A stretch of DNA of 41,402 nucleotides from Seison nebaliae (lineage: Eukaryota), in contig JALJEE010001509.1 in NCBI GenBank assembly GCA_023231475.1, positions 1-41,402 of the forward strand, read 5' to 3'. The translations under genes were made by a program, and so were the position numbers. The stretch's first letter is position 1, and each line of letters opens with the position of its first letter. Positions 24,340 through 35,050 of this stretch are shown here, piece after piece. Under the pieces are notes generated by a model. The model saw only the letters and a program-made list of their open reading frames with translations. It was not told where the DNA came from and did no database searches.

Positions 24340-25130
24340 ATATATTTACTGCATATTCTCTTTTAATGAATATTTTTCTTATTTGCAGGTTAATAATTTT
24401 TCGTTCGGATTCCAATTCATTCCAATACTCCAATAATTTCCAATTCAATAAGAAGATGATAAAATTTGTTGGAATTTCTTCAAAATTTCCAATAATAACA
24501 ACTAAGCTTAAATATACCAATTTTCCTCTTATGGAAAATTACATGTTTGATAGAATGAACGAACTTTCATTCAATACGAGTTTAATCAATCCTATCATTC
24601 TTTTGGTATATATATCGTCATCAATGGGAGTCAATCGTGCTATCTTGTTACCGAACATCAATATAATTTATTCATGAACTGCTATCGATAACTGGATATC
24701 TCACCTCATTATTTATTTTCCCGATTCATCAAACACGTTGAATTGGGTGAAGATGGAAATTTGGAATTGACATTGTTAGTAATAGAAACATGGATTATTG
24801 TTCCTGCGAATTCATCAGAAAACAAGGGTTAAATCAAATTCCATAATTAGTCAACAGTTTTCGTAAAACATTTCTGGAAAAGTGGATTTTTCGATGAATT
24901 TTTGATGAAGTATTAGAAAAATTTGAAAATTAGAAAATGACTTCAAATCAATTAAAAACTTTAGTCTCCTATTGGACTTGATTGATAATCTCCTCTGTAT
25001 GATAACTTTAGAATTAATATCGAACCAACTTTCAATATGTGGAATCAATACCAATAAAATGGTATTAGTGAAAAATATGCATTTCAGAAGTATGAGTCGC
25101 AAACACAATTGTATTTCCACTGTAGAATTT
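24340..25130 (-). pseudogene. Decayed coding-like region (hydrophobic start, intron-like gap, many stops)
   Basis: Fragments 24851-25120 and 24338-24520; a GTT...CAG intron-like segment at ~24962-24874; no family recognised. Confidence 0.3.
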
Positions 25131-25139
25131 TACCACTTC

Positions 25140-25490
25140 GAAAGGACAACCTGAAGCCATTCTTCTAGATCCGCATCCTCAATGAAAATAGGTAGATTCT
25201 TTTGTAAATACGCCAAGGATGGCCTTCCTTCGACAATAGCCAAAATAGTTGCCCCTTTTCCGTCGATTCCGCTTCTTCTAAGCGTAGTTGTGACTCAATT
25301 GTTCTTCTTTCCCCTTCGGACAGGATTTCCCTCAATGTTTGGATCTGATTGATAGTTTCCTTTGTCTTTTTCTCCTCCAAGTTCCATGCAGCTTCTCTAA
25401 TTTGGTTCATTAACTCGATGTCCCTAGGAGTAGGGTGTTCCTGAGGTGAACCAATTTCGCTGATAAATTTTGGATCCGACGTGCATCATG
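25140..25490 (-). mobile_element. Isolated GC-richer coding fragment, possibly the EN-RT linker of a LINE ORF2
   Basis: About 110-codon frame with KGQLFWLLSK and, frameshifted, EDADLEEWLQ; abrupt compositional edges. Confidence 0.3.
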
Positions 25491-25737
25491 CTGCAATTAT
25501 TCTTTTCTTCATTATCATTTTTTCTCTTCGTACTTTTTCTTACTCGTCACATAACTATATTATTTGACAAGTCAAATTAGAAATTTCAGAACGGCGATCA
25601 GAACTGGCATATTTACAACATTCAATTACATTTATCAATTAACTCATTGTTATTGATAATAATCTAATCTCATAATAATAATGAATCGTTATACTGAAGA
25701 AGTGAAACTGTTGAAGACCATCGTGGAAAGCTTCTCT

Positions 25738-26205
25738 TTATTATTATTATTATTTATTAATTAAATTCCCGTCGGGATAAATTAGAAAAAAGTGAAAAAA
25801 AGTTTGATCATCGCCTATATTGATTAATCGGTGTAATTCAGCGAGAGAATCCATATCGATTGACATAGAAATTGCGGGTTCATAGGATAAAGTAAAATCG
25901 CTTAAATCTTGAATTGAAATCTCACGCGATAACCCGTAATAACGAACTGTATGCGAAAATACCGATCGATTATTTAGGATGTCTCTGTTCGGAATTTGTG
26001 TAATATGGAAGTTCGATTCAGTGATCTTGTCAATAAGTGTAAAGACTCGACGAGAGAAGAGAATAGGTAGCGGAAGGAGACCGACTGTTGCGAAAAGGAG
26101 AGAACGATTGCATCTGTGAAAACAGGAAACTAGTCTCCTTATCAACCGATTATATGCGCGGTCAATGGACAAAAAAGAACGTTCGGTAAAAGAAAAAAAA
26201 ACCAA
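25738..26205 (-). mobile_element. 5'-truncated LINE family A copy (ORF2 C-terminus still open)
   Basis: IDRAYNRLIRRLV...YYGLSREIS...FFLIYPDGNLINK*; hairpin TCCC-GAC-GGGA; (TAA)n tail at ~25738-25760; homologous to 33170-33560. Confidence 0.8.
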
Positions 26206-26451
26206 CTTTAACCAATTATATCGTTTTCTTTCATGAACTGGAAGATATTATCAATTAGTTTTTCGATTCATTATTTATAAAATAATAACTACAACAATTA
26301 TTTTTATTATAATAATATTAAACATTAATCACTCATTTTTCCCCTTAATGTATGTTAAATAATAAAACAAAGTTTCCATTAATAAGGAAATTTATTTTAT
26401 TATATTTATTACCATAAACATGAAACATTTTACAAAGATATTCTTATACAT

Positions 26452-26562
26452 TGGTACGTAATTCACCGAAATAATACTAAACTGGTGACGAATTCACCGT
26501 TTAACTAAAAATACGAAACCTTCAAAATTCTCGAAAAAGGGTGACGAAATCACATGGATTCG
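26452..26562. repeat. Three spaced copies of a GGTGACGAA(T/A)TCAC-like motif; possible orphan DNA transposon terminus
   Basis: GGTACGTAATTCACCG (~26454), GGTGACGAATTCACCG (~26484) and GGTGACGAAATCACATGGATTC (~26540). Confidence 0.45.
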
Positions 26563-27034
26563 AAATGGTAATAGCTTCTGGTAACGATCATAATTGTACA
26601 TTTAATGTAGTTAATTTAATCTTTTTCAGTTTAAAATTTCCATTTTTCCCATTTATACTATTATTCATGTGTTCATGTATTCATGTTAAGATAATTATCT
26701 TATTTTTCTTACCAGAATGTACTTCATATGGGAAAGAAGGTAGTTTGGAACGTTATTTGGAAATTGAAGATGTAAAGAAGAGAATAGGAAAAAGTAGAAT
26801 TTAGTCTGTTCGATTTAGAATGAACAACAAACGAATATTTAAATTTGACATTTTGAAAAGATCTAATTAATTCTAATACGTTCTCCAAAACAATTTCCTT
26901 TGAAAACTTTCATGTTTCAAAGTGCGAAAATCATTTTGCGATGTGAACGATTTGGAGGGGGAAAGTGTTCGACATATTTTTGAATATCTTACAATTCGTC
27001 ACATTCGAAAGAAAGTCTGATTATCAGGACGTCA

Positions 27035-27041
27035 TATAAAA
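27035..27041 (+). promoter_or_regulatory. TATA box of the antistasin-like gene
   Basis: TATAAAA within GC-richer flanks, 40 nt upstream of the ATG. Confidence 0.55.
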
Positions 27042-27074
27042 GGCCATTGTGGTGCGATTATTACACATTTAGAA

Positions 27075-27536
27075 ATGAAATTGTCAATTCTTGTTCTTTT
27101 ATTAAGTTTCGTCGCAATCGACGAGGTGTTTGGTGGACATGGAAAATTTTTGATGGGTGGACATCGGGGCCAATTTGGTCGAGGCAGAGGCCATCATCAC
27201 AAATTTGGTAAACAGCATAGCACTCCATGTTTCATTGATAGATTGTTAGGTTGTGAGAAATTAGAGAATTGTGAACTTGAATGTGAATTTGGATATAAAA
27301 GGTCAGATGAAACATTCTGTTCCATTTGTGAATGTGGCACGGATCCATGTGAAGTTACAGAAGAAAATTATTATTATTAATTCATTTTCTTCCCCCAGGG
27401 TGTCATTTGTCCTTCTGGTAAAGTGTGTAAAACAATGAAGAAACATTTATCTTCCTGTGTTAATGAAGCGTTATGGAATAAAATTCAAGAATTAAAAGGA
27501 AAAAAGTTGAACGGTCATCATTTTATGGGAGAATAG
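27075..27536 (+). CDS. Secreted Gly/His-rich + antistasin-like + FOLN-like cysteine-rich protein, 2 exons
   Basis: Signal peptide; CELECEFGYKRSDETFCSICEC (antistasin pattern); DPCE|GVICPSGKVC; intron 27354-27398; AATAAA at ~27610. Confidence 0.8.
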
Positions 27537-27839
27537 ACACGAAATCAATTCTATTGATTCATATTTAAAAGTGACGTTAATCAAATTTCATAAATTTAAA
27601 ATTTTTTCGAATAAAAGTCTTTTATTGTACTGTCAATGTGAATGTATCTTAAATCATTATTCATACGGAATATACGAATTAGGTAAAAGAATTTCAAAAA
27701 ATTTAAAACTTCATTTTTTTTAGAGAAGGAAAAAATAAAATTTTTTTACACTTATTTTTAATTAATTAAATTTTCGTAAATTGATTAATAATATTGAAGA
27801 TTAACTATAGTTATTAGCTGTAACTTATAACGCCATAAT

Positions 27840-28880
27840 TTTTTCTCACCCGGAACTCACCCTCGTTTCAGTTCACCCTCTTCTCTATTTTCGGAGCGGA
27901 ACTCACTCATTTTTTTCAATTTCGAAGAGGAGCTCACCTCATAAAAAAAATCCCCATATTTTTCAAAATATTAGTAATAATTAAAATATTGATAATAATT
28001 GAATACGATCGAATTTATGGTTCAATCTCACTCTCAATCTCAAATGGTGGAGGTAGAAAATTCATAATTCAATCAAACAAGACGAATTAAAAATGCGATT
28101 TTGATAATATTAATCGATAAAAACGATGTATTAATATGGAATCATTTGCCATAAATGAGCGGTGTGATCTTAATTGATTAAAGAAGTAAATGTATGACTT
28201 CAATATTTTTTTTAACTTTTCAATCAACGGAAATTTTTTGTATTTAGTTCCAATGATCGACTAGTATTATGATATGCCGACTTCGACGTTTATTTGGCAT
28301 AGCGGGTTGCCATTCTTATTGTAATTAATTGGAGAAAGAGTCTATTAATGAGTTTCTATGCCAATCGATATGGATTCTCTCGCCGAATTACACCGATTAA
28401 TCAATATCGGCGAAGATCAAATTTTTTTTTCACTTTTTTCTAATTTATCCCGACGGGAATTTAATCAATAAATAATAATAATTAATGTCAAATTATTTCA
28501 AAGCGTCTCGACGCCATAAACCTATTATCCAATTAATGAATCGTACCTGTTTTAGAAGACCTCATCAGAGATTTTTTATTATTTTTCCAATTTTACAAAC
28601 GCGGTGAGTTTCTGTCCGAAAAACAGGGTGATTTCCTCTGTGCAGTGAAAAAAATAGATGAGTTCCTCTCTGCAATATAACCAAATGAGTGAGTTCATCT
28701 CCGAAATTGAAAAAAATGAGTGAGTTCTTCTCCGAAATATTGATGGTGGGTGAGTTCTTCTCCGAATTGCTGTATTAAGCATTTTTTCACAGAGTGAGTT
28801 CCTCTCCGAAATTAGAGTGATTTCCGCTCCGAAAAGTAAACAGAGGGTGAGTTCCTCTATAAAGTGAGTACCGCTCTTAC
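27840..28880. mobile_element. Non-autonomous or decayed DNA transposon with inverted arrays of an 18-bp motif (foldback/Mutator-like)
   Basis: Ten GTGAGTTCCTCTCCGAAA-like units at 28604-28880 and 4-5 reverse-complement units at 27843-27940. The segment 27890-27938 is a near-inverted match to 28688-28736. Confidence 0.65.
28353..28480 (+). mobile_element. 5'-truncated LINE family A copy nested in the DNA transposon
   Basis: Close reverse-complement match to ~25745-25872, including hairpin and tail; candidate TSD ATTAATG at 28344-28350 and 28481-28487. Confidence 0.85.
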
Positions 28881-28999
28881 AATGTTAGATTCTTTTTTAG
28901 AATCCAGATGTCAGAATTTTCTTTCAAAAAACGAAATTTATTTCCTGTTCTTTCGGACAACTGAAAACTCGCATTTAATTTTTTTGTTTTTTTTATTCT

Positions 29000-29610
29000 T
29001 TTTCATTAGTCTAAAGTTATGATACTTGAAAATCGCTTTAGAAAATGGTGCGAATTTTATATTTTAATTTCGTCCAATGAATTAGTGGTACGTAAGTTTT
29101 AGAAGAAGAATTTTTGTTTTACGCGCAAAAATTGAAAAGTAAATGTTCTTTTCCGTTTCAATTTCATCTATGCGTATAAATATAGAACGTTCATCTTTCT
29201 CATCTCTCAATGGATTCATTTTAAAGGTTTTTCATTTTTATTTTTTATCTTTCAACTTTTAAAATTTCTTTATAGTTATAATTGGCAAGTGGTAACTACA
29301 AGAAAACTTCCACATAGAGTGGAGGAATAATAACATTTCTTGCAAGATGGACCAGAGATGGTAAATCCACTCTGAGTTTTCATTGGAAAATGCCAAATAA
29401 TTCTTCCAAAATCAGGACAATCTGGAAAGAGAAATTTAATGACGTTACATTTCTACCAAATACTTCATGAATTCAATAATGTTTGCTGATTATCGATGAG
29501 ATCATTCAATTTCGCTTCATTTCTAAATTTACGAAATTTTTGCTTAAATAAATTTTTTATAATTTTTTATTGATTAAAATTTATTGCCAGTTAATCTTAT
29601 ATAATTTACT
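29000..29610 (+). repeat. Copy 1 of a ~620-bp direct duplication (gene-like remnant)
   Basis: Colinear with 31818-32462; shares TATAAATATAGAACGTTCATCTTT, CAATGGATTCATTTTAAAGGTTTTTCA and CATTTCTACCAAATACTTCATGAATTCAATA. Confidence 0.85.
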
Positions 29611-31817
29611 TCATTCAATGATCAATTAAATTGAAATATAAAAATGTTTATGAGAATTATCTACTAAAATCAAACTAACTTTATTACTTATCATGTTTAC
29701 GAGATGGAATGGACATTGGAAGAAAGCTTATCACTGATTACACATGCATTGAGTTATAAGTTTTTATCAATAACATTTCTCATTTCCACGTACCTTATTG
29801 ACGAGTGTTAATATTGTCGAAATGAGTGGTGGAAATGAGTTGGTTGATCATGCTTTATGTTCATTTTGAGGTAAGCACAAAAAGTAACCTTCCATCGAAC
29901 AAATCTACTAATGTTGATCTTATTCTTTGTTGTCTAGAATCTAGACTCTAGATGCTCTACTGGTTGTCTTGATGTCCTAGTTTTTTAAATTCTCTAAGTT
30001 CTTTAGGCATTCTAGGCCTTCTACGTATTCTAGGATTTCTACACCGTTTTATGTTTTCTTATTTCTTACACTGTCTTATATGTGATAAAGTCTTCGACAC
30101 ACGTGCTATTATTATTATTATTATGTTATTACACATTTTTTGTTAACAATAAAGTTGAGTGTCGTTGTTTGAAGTTTGTCGTTTAACTTTGTCAGATCTT
30201 TTTTTTTAATCGAAAACTGATAAATAAAATGTTGTAATTTCAAATGAGCAGCAAGTTCGGTTCCATATTTGATTTGAAGATATAAAATAAAAAATTGATT
30301 GATCGTCTTTCATATTCATTCTCATCTTTTCAGACAGCTTCGCATCTTTCTAACATGCGTCTGTCTTTTTGTTCTATTTCCATTAATTGTTCTGTTGAGT
30401 TTCTCTAGAAGCATGGATGTCAAATTGGGAGTAATAAAGAGAAAAATAATGTCATTAGAAGAATAATGTAGATTTGTTAAATCTCATTGAACGAAAAGAT
30501 GAATATCTAAAATCCTGACTAATTTTTCTTACTTTTCTACTTTTAAAGACTTCAATTATTAATATCTACTTAAAGTTCTTCGTTAACTTGTCAGATTCAC
30601 AACGAAAAAATCTTCCAATTTCATTGATAATTTCATTTTTAAAGTTCATAAGTAATTTACGTGCATTCTCGAGGTCAGACATTTTTAAATTTCGATGAAA
30701 AATAGTTTAATTCTCTGTTATTTTTATGGTGATGCTGTTCTATTATCGAAGATATAGAAATCCTTATTTTGCTTCGAACTAATTTAAAACAGTGTTGTCG
30801 ATTTGTTGTTTGAAGATGGTTAGCTTTTCATCAGAACATGTCTCGTTTCTATCTATGAATTGAAATTTTTTCATCACCGTCACATACTTCAGAATATTCA
30901 AAATTTCAAATTTATAACGATTTCTGATTTTCTAACTTTTTACCGTTTTGAATAATTTTATTTTCAATTTAAGTTCCTGTTTAATTACTATTTATTAGTG
31001 TTGTTCACTTCCATTGGTACTTCGGTTTTATCATTAAGAATTTCAATGTATCGAATTTATATTATTAATGCATTATTTTTAAAATTTATTAAATTAAAAT
31101 TTGAATAATTCTGAATAAATTGAAGGAAAAAAGAAAATAGAAAGAAATATCTTTGAAGATATTATCGTATTTTTCTTCAATATATTTGATGTCTTGTAAT
31201 ATTTTCTGTTTGATTGATCTGATTGAGAATCTCCTTTTCAGATTCTTCTTTCTCATCATTTGACAAGATCCAAAGAGGATATCTTGTCAAGTGATTTCCC
31301 TTTCGACCATTCGATTCTTCAGTTAAAAACGTCTACAATTCCTATTAATAACCGTTCCGCCAGTTTGGAATAGAATTTATCTGGTCTATTTGGTGTCATG
31401 CCTGAAATATTCCGAATTGTTTGAATAGTCGTCTTTTGAGATTGTTTTTGTGACTTCTTTTTTTGTGCAAAAATTTTGAGGTATCCAGATAAATCACCTG
31501 ACAAGCTCCAAAGAAGATATCTTGTCAAGTGATTTAATCCTAATAATATCTATATTATTCAGTGTTTCTGTATAATGCTAGAATAATATGTTTATTATTC
31601 TATTGGTAGAATGGAATTGATCTAGTTCATCTTCCTCTAAAGCTTTTAGCACTTTTTCTCTTTTTTCAATTGAGAGATGACATAAACTATTCATCGTGAC
31701 TTTCCAATGCTGCTTTTAAAGTGAATTTTAATAATTATTTTTTGCGCGTTAAGAAGTTTATTGAATTAATTTATTCCTGTTTGCATACGTGTTATTATTA
31801 TATCTCTCTATCTTCTT

Positions 31818-32462
31818 TTTCATTCGCTTAAAGTGATGATTAAATATCAGATTTTTTTTAATAGACGGTTGTAAATTTAATATTTTAATTTCGTCGAATG
31901 AATCATCGACAACTACCAAGGAAAGTGTTAGAAAATAATATATAAATTAATATATAATATATACATATACATATGTATATATGTATATTTCCTTTTTCAG
32001 TTTCCGTTACAATTTCATCGATGTGTATAAATATAGAACGTTCATCTTTCCCATCTCTCAATGGATTCATTTTAAAGGTTTTTCATTTTTCTTTTTTATT
32101 TTTAAACTTTTAAAATTTCTTTACAATTCAAATTGGGAGGAATTACTACAAGAAATCTTCCATGTAGGATGGAGGAAGAATACTGTTTCTTGCAAGATGG
32201 ACCAGAAATGATGATTCCACTCTGCGTTTTCATTCAAGAGTACCAAATAAATTCTCCAAAAGGAGGAAAAAGATGAAAAGAGAAATGTAATGACATCACA
32301 TTTCTACCAAATACTTCATGAATTCAATACTCTTATTCATTATCGATGAGATCCTTCAATTTCACTTCATTTTTTAAACTTGTAAAATTTTTATTTAAAT
32401 AAATTTTATATTATTTTTTATTTACTATAAATTATTCGGAGTTAATCTTATAATTCACTTCG
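31818..32462 (+). repeat. Copy 2 of the ~620-bp direct duplication
   Basis: Colinear with 29000-29610; contains a (TA)-rich expansion at ~31940-31990. Confidence 0.85.
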
Positions 32463-32503
32463 TCCATATACATGATTGGCGAGTTTTGATGATTGGCTTG
32501 AAC

Positions 32504-33091
32504 CTAATAGTTAACTCTATTGATGTGAGTGTTGATACTATTATGTCGAACATTGGTACAATTGACGTGGGTGTTGACGTGAGTTTTAAATCTGTTTCTG
32601 CCAATTTTCCCATAATTGAATCGAGTATTGTTACTATTGACTCCTAAATTGGTATGGTGGACATGAGTATTGATATTGTTGACTTGGGTTTGGAATCTGT
32701 TTCCGCAAATTTTTCCGTAATTGAATCGAGTATTGTTATTATTCACTCCTATATTGGGACCGATGACATGATTGTTGATATTGTTAACGTGAGTGTAGCC
32801 ACTGTGGACGTGAGTGTTTATTCTGTTTCCGCGAATTTTCCCATAATTGAATCGAGTATTGTTATTTTTGACGTGATTGTTTATATTGTTCACTTGAACA
32901 TTAGTATTTTTGACGTGAGTGTTGATTCTGCTGACGCGAGTAACTGACCCCAATTCTGAGGAAATTAAGTTTTAGAAAGTAAAATTTACTAAGAAAATAA
33001 GACAACTAAATAAGCAAATTTTCGAAAATGAAAGCACAAAAGCCTAACCGGAAGAACTTTGTGCTAACCACTTATGTCCTTTAGGTTCCAT
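32504..33091 (-). CDS. Orphan Asn-rich repeat protein (~164 aa), 2 exons
   Basis: Exon 33091-33049 (MEPKGHKWLAQSSS) plus intron 33048-32956 (G|GTTAGG...CAG) joins in frame to three NNTRFNYGKI repeats interspersed with NTHV/NNHV. Confidence 0.65.
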
Positions 33092-33159
33092 CGTTTTCTT
33101 AACTCGTTCTGCTTAGGTTTTCGTAATTCTTTCGATTTTTTATATCTGATAACAATGTA

Positions 33160-35050
33160 GTATTATTATTATTTATTTAAAATTCCCGATGGGATAAAAG
33201 AAGAAAAAGTAGAAAAAAAGTTTTGTCGTCCTAGGTGTCCATTAGATGCCTTAATTGATTGAGGGAGTCGTGGTCGATTGATGAAGTGGATGACGAATCA
33301 TAAGAGATGATGAACTATTTGAAATCACTGAAGGAAATATTACACGATAGACGATAATATCTCTTGGTGTACGAAAAAATTGAGTGAGTGGGAAATGGGT
33401 AGATTTCGGGAGTAAGAGAAGTAGCTTTAGGTTAACATCCTATTAGATGCGGTAATTTTGTCGAATAAGGAAAAAAAACAACGACACATGAGAATGGGAA
33501 ATTGTGCGATATTTACTGTGGCGAAGAGAACCGAGAAAGACGATGGAAGAAGTGAGAGGAATGTTGGAGAAAAACGATTGCCAGTAGACAATAACCTGCA
33601 TTTCGATTCGTTAATGCGGATTTCTGTTTCGGTGAGAAGATAAGTGATGCGTAGGTACTATAGTTTAAGTTTATGAAGTGACCGATGAATGATAACGAAA
33701 TCATCGGCATAACATGAGGAAATAGAACATTTCCAATATCGATCCAATTGTTCTCTTTTAATTCGCAGAGAACGCCATCGATAGCCAGTCTGAATAATCA
33801 GGGACCCAAGATAGTACCTTGATGGACATCCGAGTTGTTTTGGAATGAGGAGCTAGAGTTGCAACTACACACCAAGATGAATTTTGAGAAAAATGAACGA
33901 GGAACTTACTGATCGGTAACAATACACCTTGACGCTGAAGATATCTCAAGAGCAAAGGAAACATTGACGGAATCAAGATGCCGAATACAGAACGTTTCTA
34001 TAACGAGAAAGAATAAGATTCTCGAAAACTTTGAATAAGAAGGAAGAGAGATAAATCGGTCTGTAGATACATAACAAAGATTGATCGATATTTGGTTTCT
34101 TTAAGATAAGAATTATCTTGCAGAGGAGAGGAATGGAACAAGAATTAAGATGAGAGCAAATTGAATTCACGAAATGAGTGAGGTCGATTACGAGTGACGG
34201 AAGAAGATGTTGAATGAGTTTTGATACAAATATTATCGAAACCATATGTCTTCGTCCCATCAAGCTCCAGGACATATTCAAAAATTTCTTGAGGAAAAAA
34301 ATGATCGAAATGAGAGTTAACATTGGAACAATTGTAGTAATCGAACACATCTGCGGAATAGAGTTGGAACAGCAGTTGCTGCTTAGTTTCCAGATATTTG
34401 ATGGATGTTAAGAAAGACAAGCGGCTTTCAGTCTACCATGGAAAGGATCTCTAACACATTTTTTCACGGCTCTTCAGAAAACTTCCCACGATTTTGAGCT
34501 ACAATCTGCTGCACGACATTTGAGGTGAATTAAGGATGAGAAGTTGGAAACGGGAGGACGAGAAAAAAGTTTTTGGTCGGATATTACGAAGGATGAACGG
34601 TGAGTAAGAAACGAAAGCAGTTCGGGTACTACGATTACAACTTGTCGAATAGGAGACAGTTTGCAAAATTTTTTACAAATGTTGATGCGCCGGTGATTAT
34701 TCGACGAAGGAAAATAAATTGGAATAGGTCGGGATGAAATGGGACACATCACAATGAAATCACATGAAACAAAATGAGAATTTTTCTTTTTCGAGAAGGT
34801 AGATTCAATAATCGAGAGAGATATAACAGAAACCTGAGTGATTATTCGGTCGCAGATAAACATTGAAGCATAGAATGTTTTGGATAACAAAACAAACAAC
34901 GTCCGTCGAAAGTTATGCAAACGATGTGGAATGGAGATCCTTAGATATCAACGTGCTTAGATATCAAGAAAAATACTGGGATAAAAGCAATATGTCTGCT
35001 ATAAACGTTTTAGAACTTGTTTATTTGAACGATATGTCGTCTGATGACTT
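33160..35050 (-). mobile_element. Degenerate APE-type non-LTR retrotransposon (family A; CR1/L2/Jockey-type RT)
   Basis: EN remnant ILCFNVYLRP; RT motifs KTYGFDNI, YRPIYLSSFLFKVFE, LDSVN, VHQGTILGP*LF, YADD (33711-33700), IRINESKC; 3' hairpin TCCC-ATC-GGGA and (TAA)n tail; many frameshifts and deletions. Confidence 0.9.

Noticed and set aside
28604..28880. Repeat-spacer pattern resembling a CRISPR array
   Set aside because: Repeats are degenerate and about 18 bp, spacers are short and irregular, there is an inverted counterpart, no cas genes are present, and the context is eukaryotic.
29930..30050. Degenerate ~9-bp periodic TTCTAG-like repeat
   Set aside because: Too eroded to define a unit or function; probably an old minisatellite.
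32654..32947. Plus-strand V/I/S-rich ORF
   Set aside because: Antisense shadow of the Asn-rich repeat gene, which has the supported start and intron.
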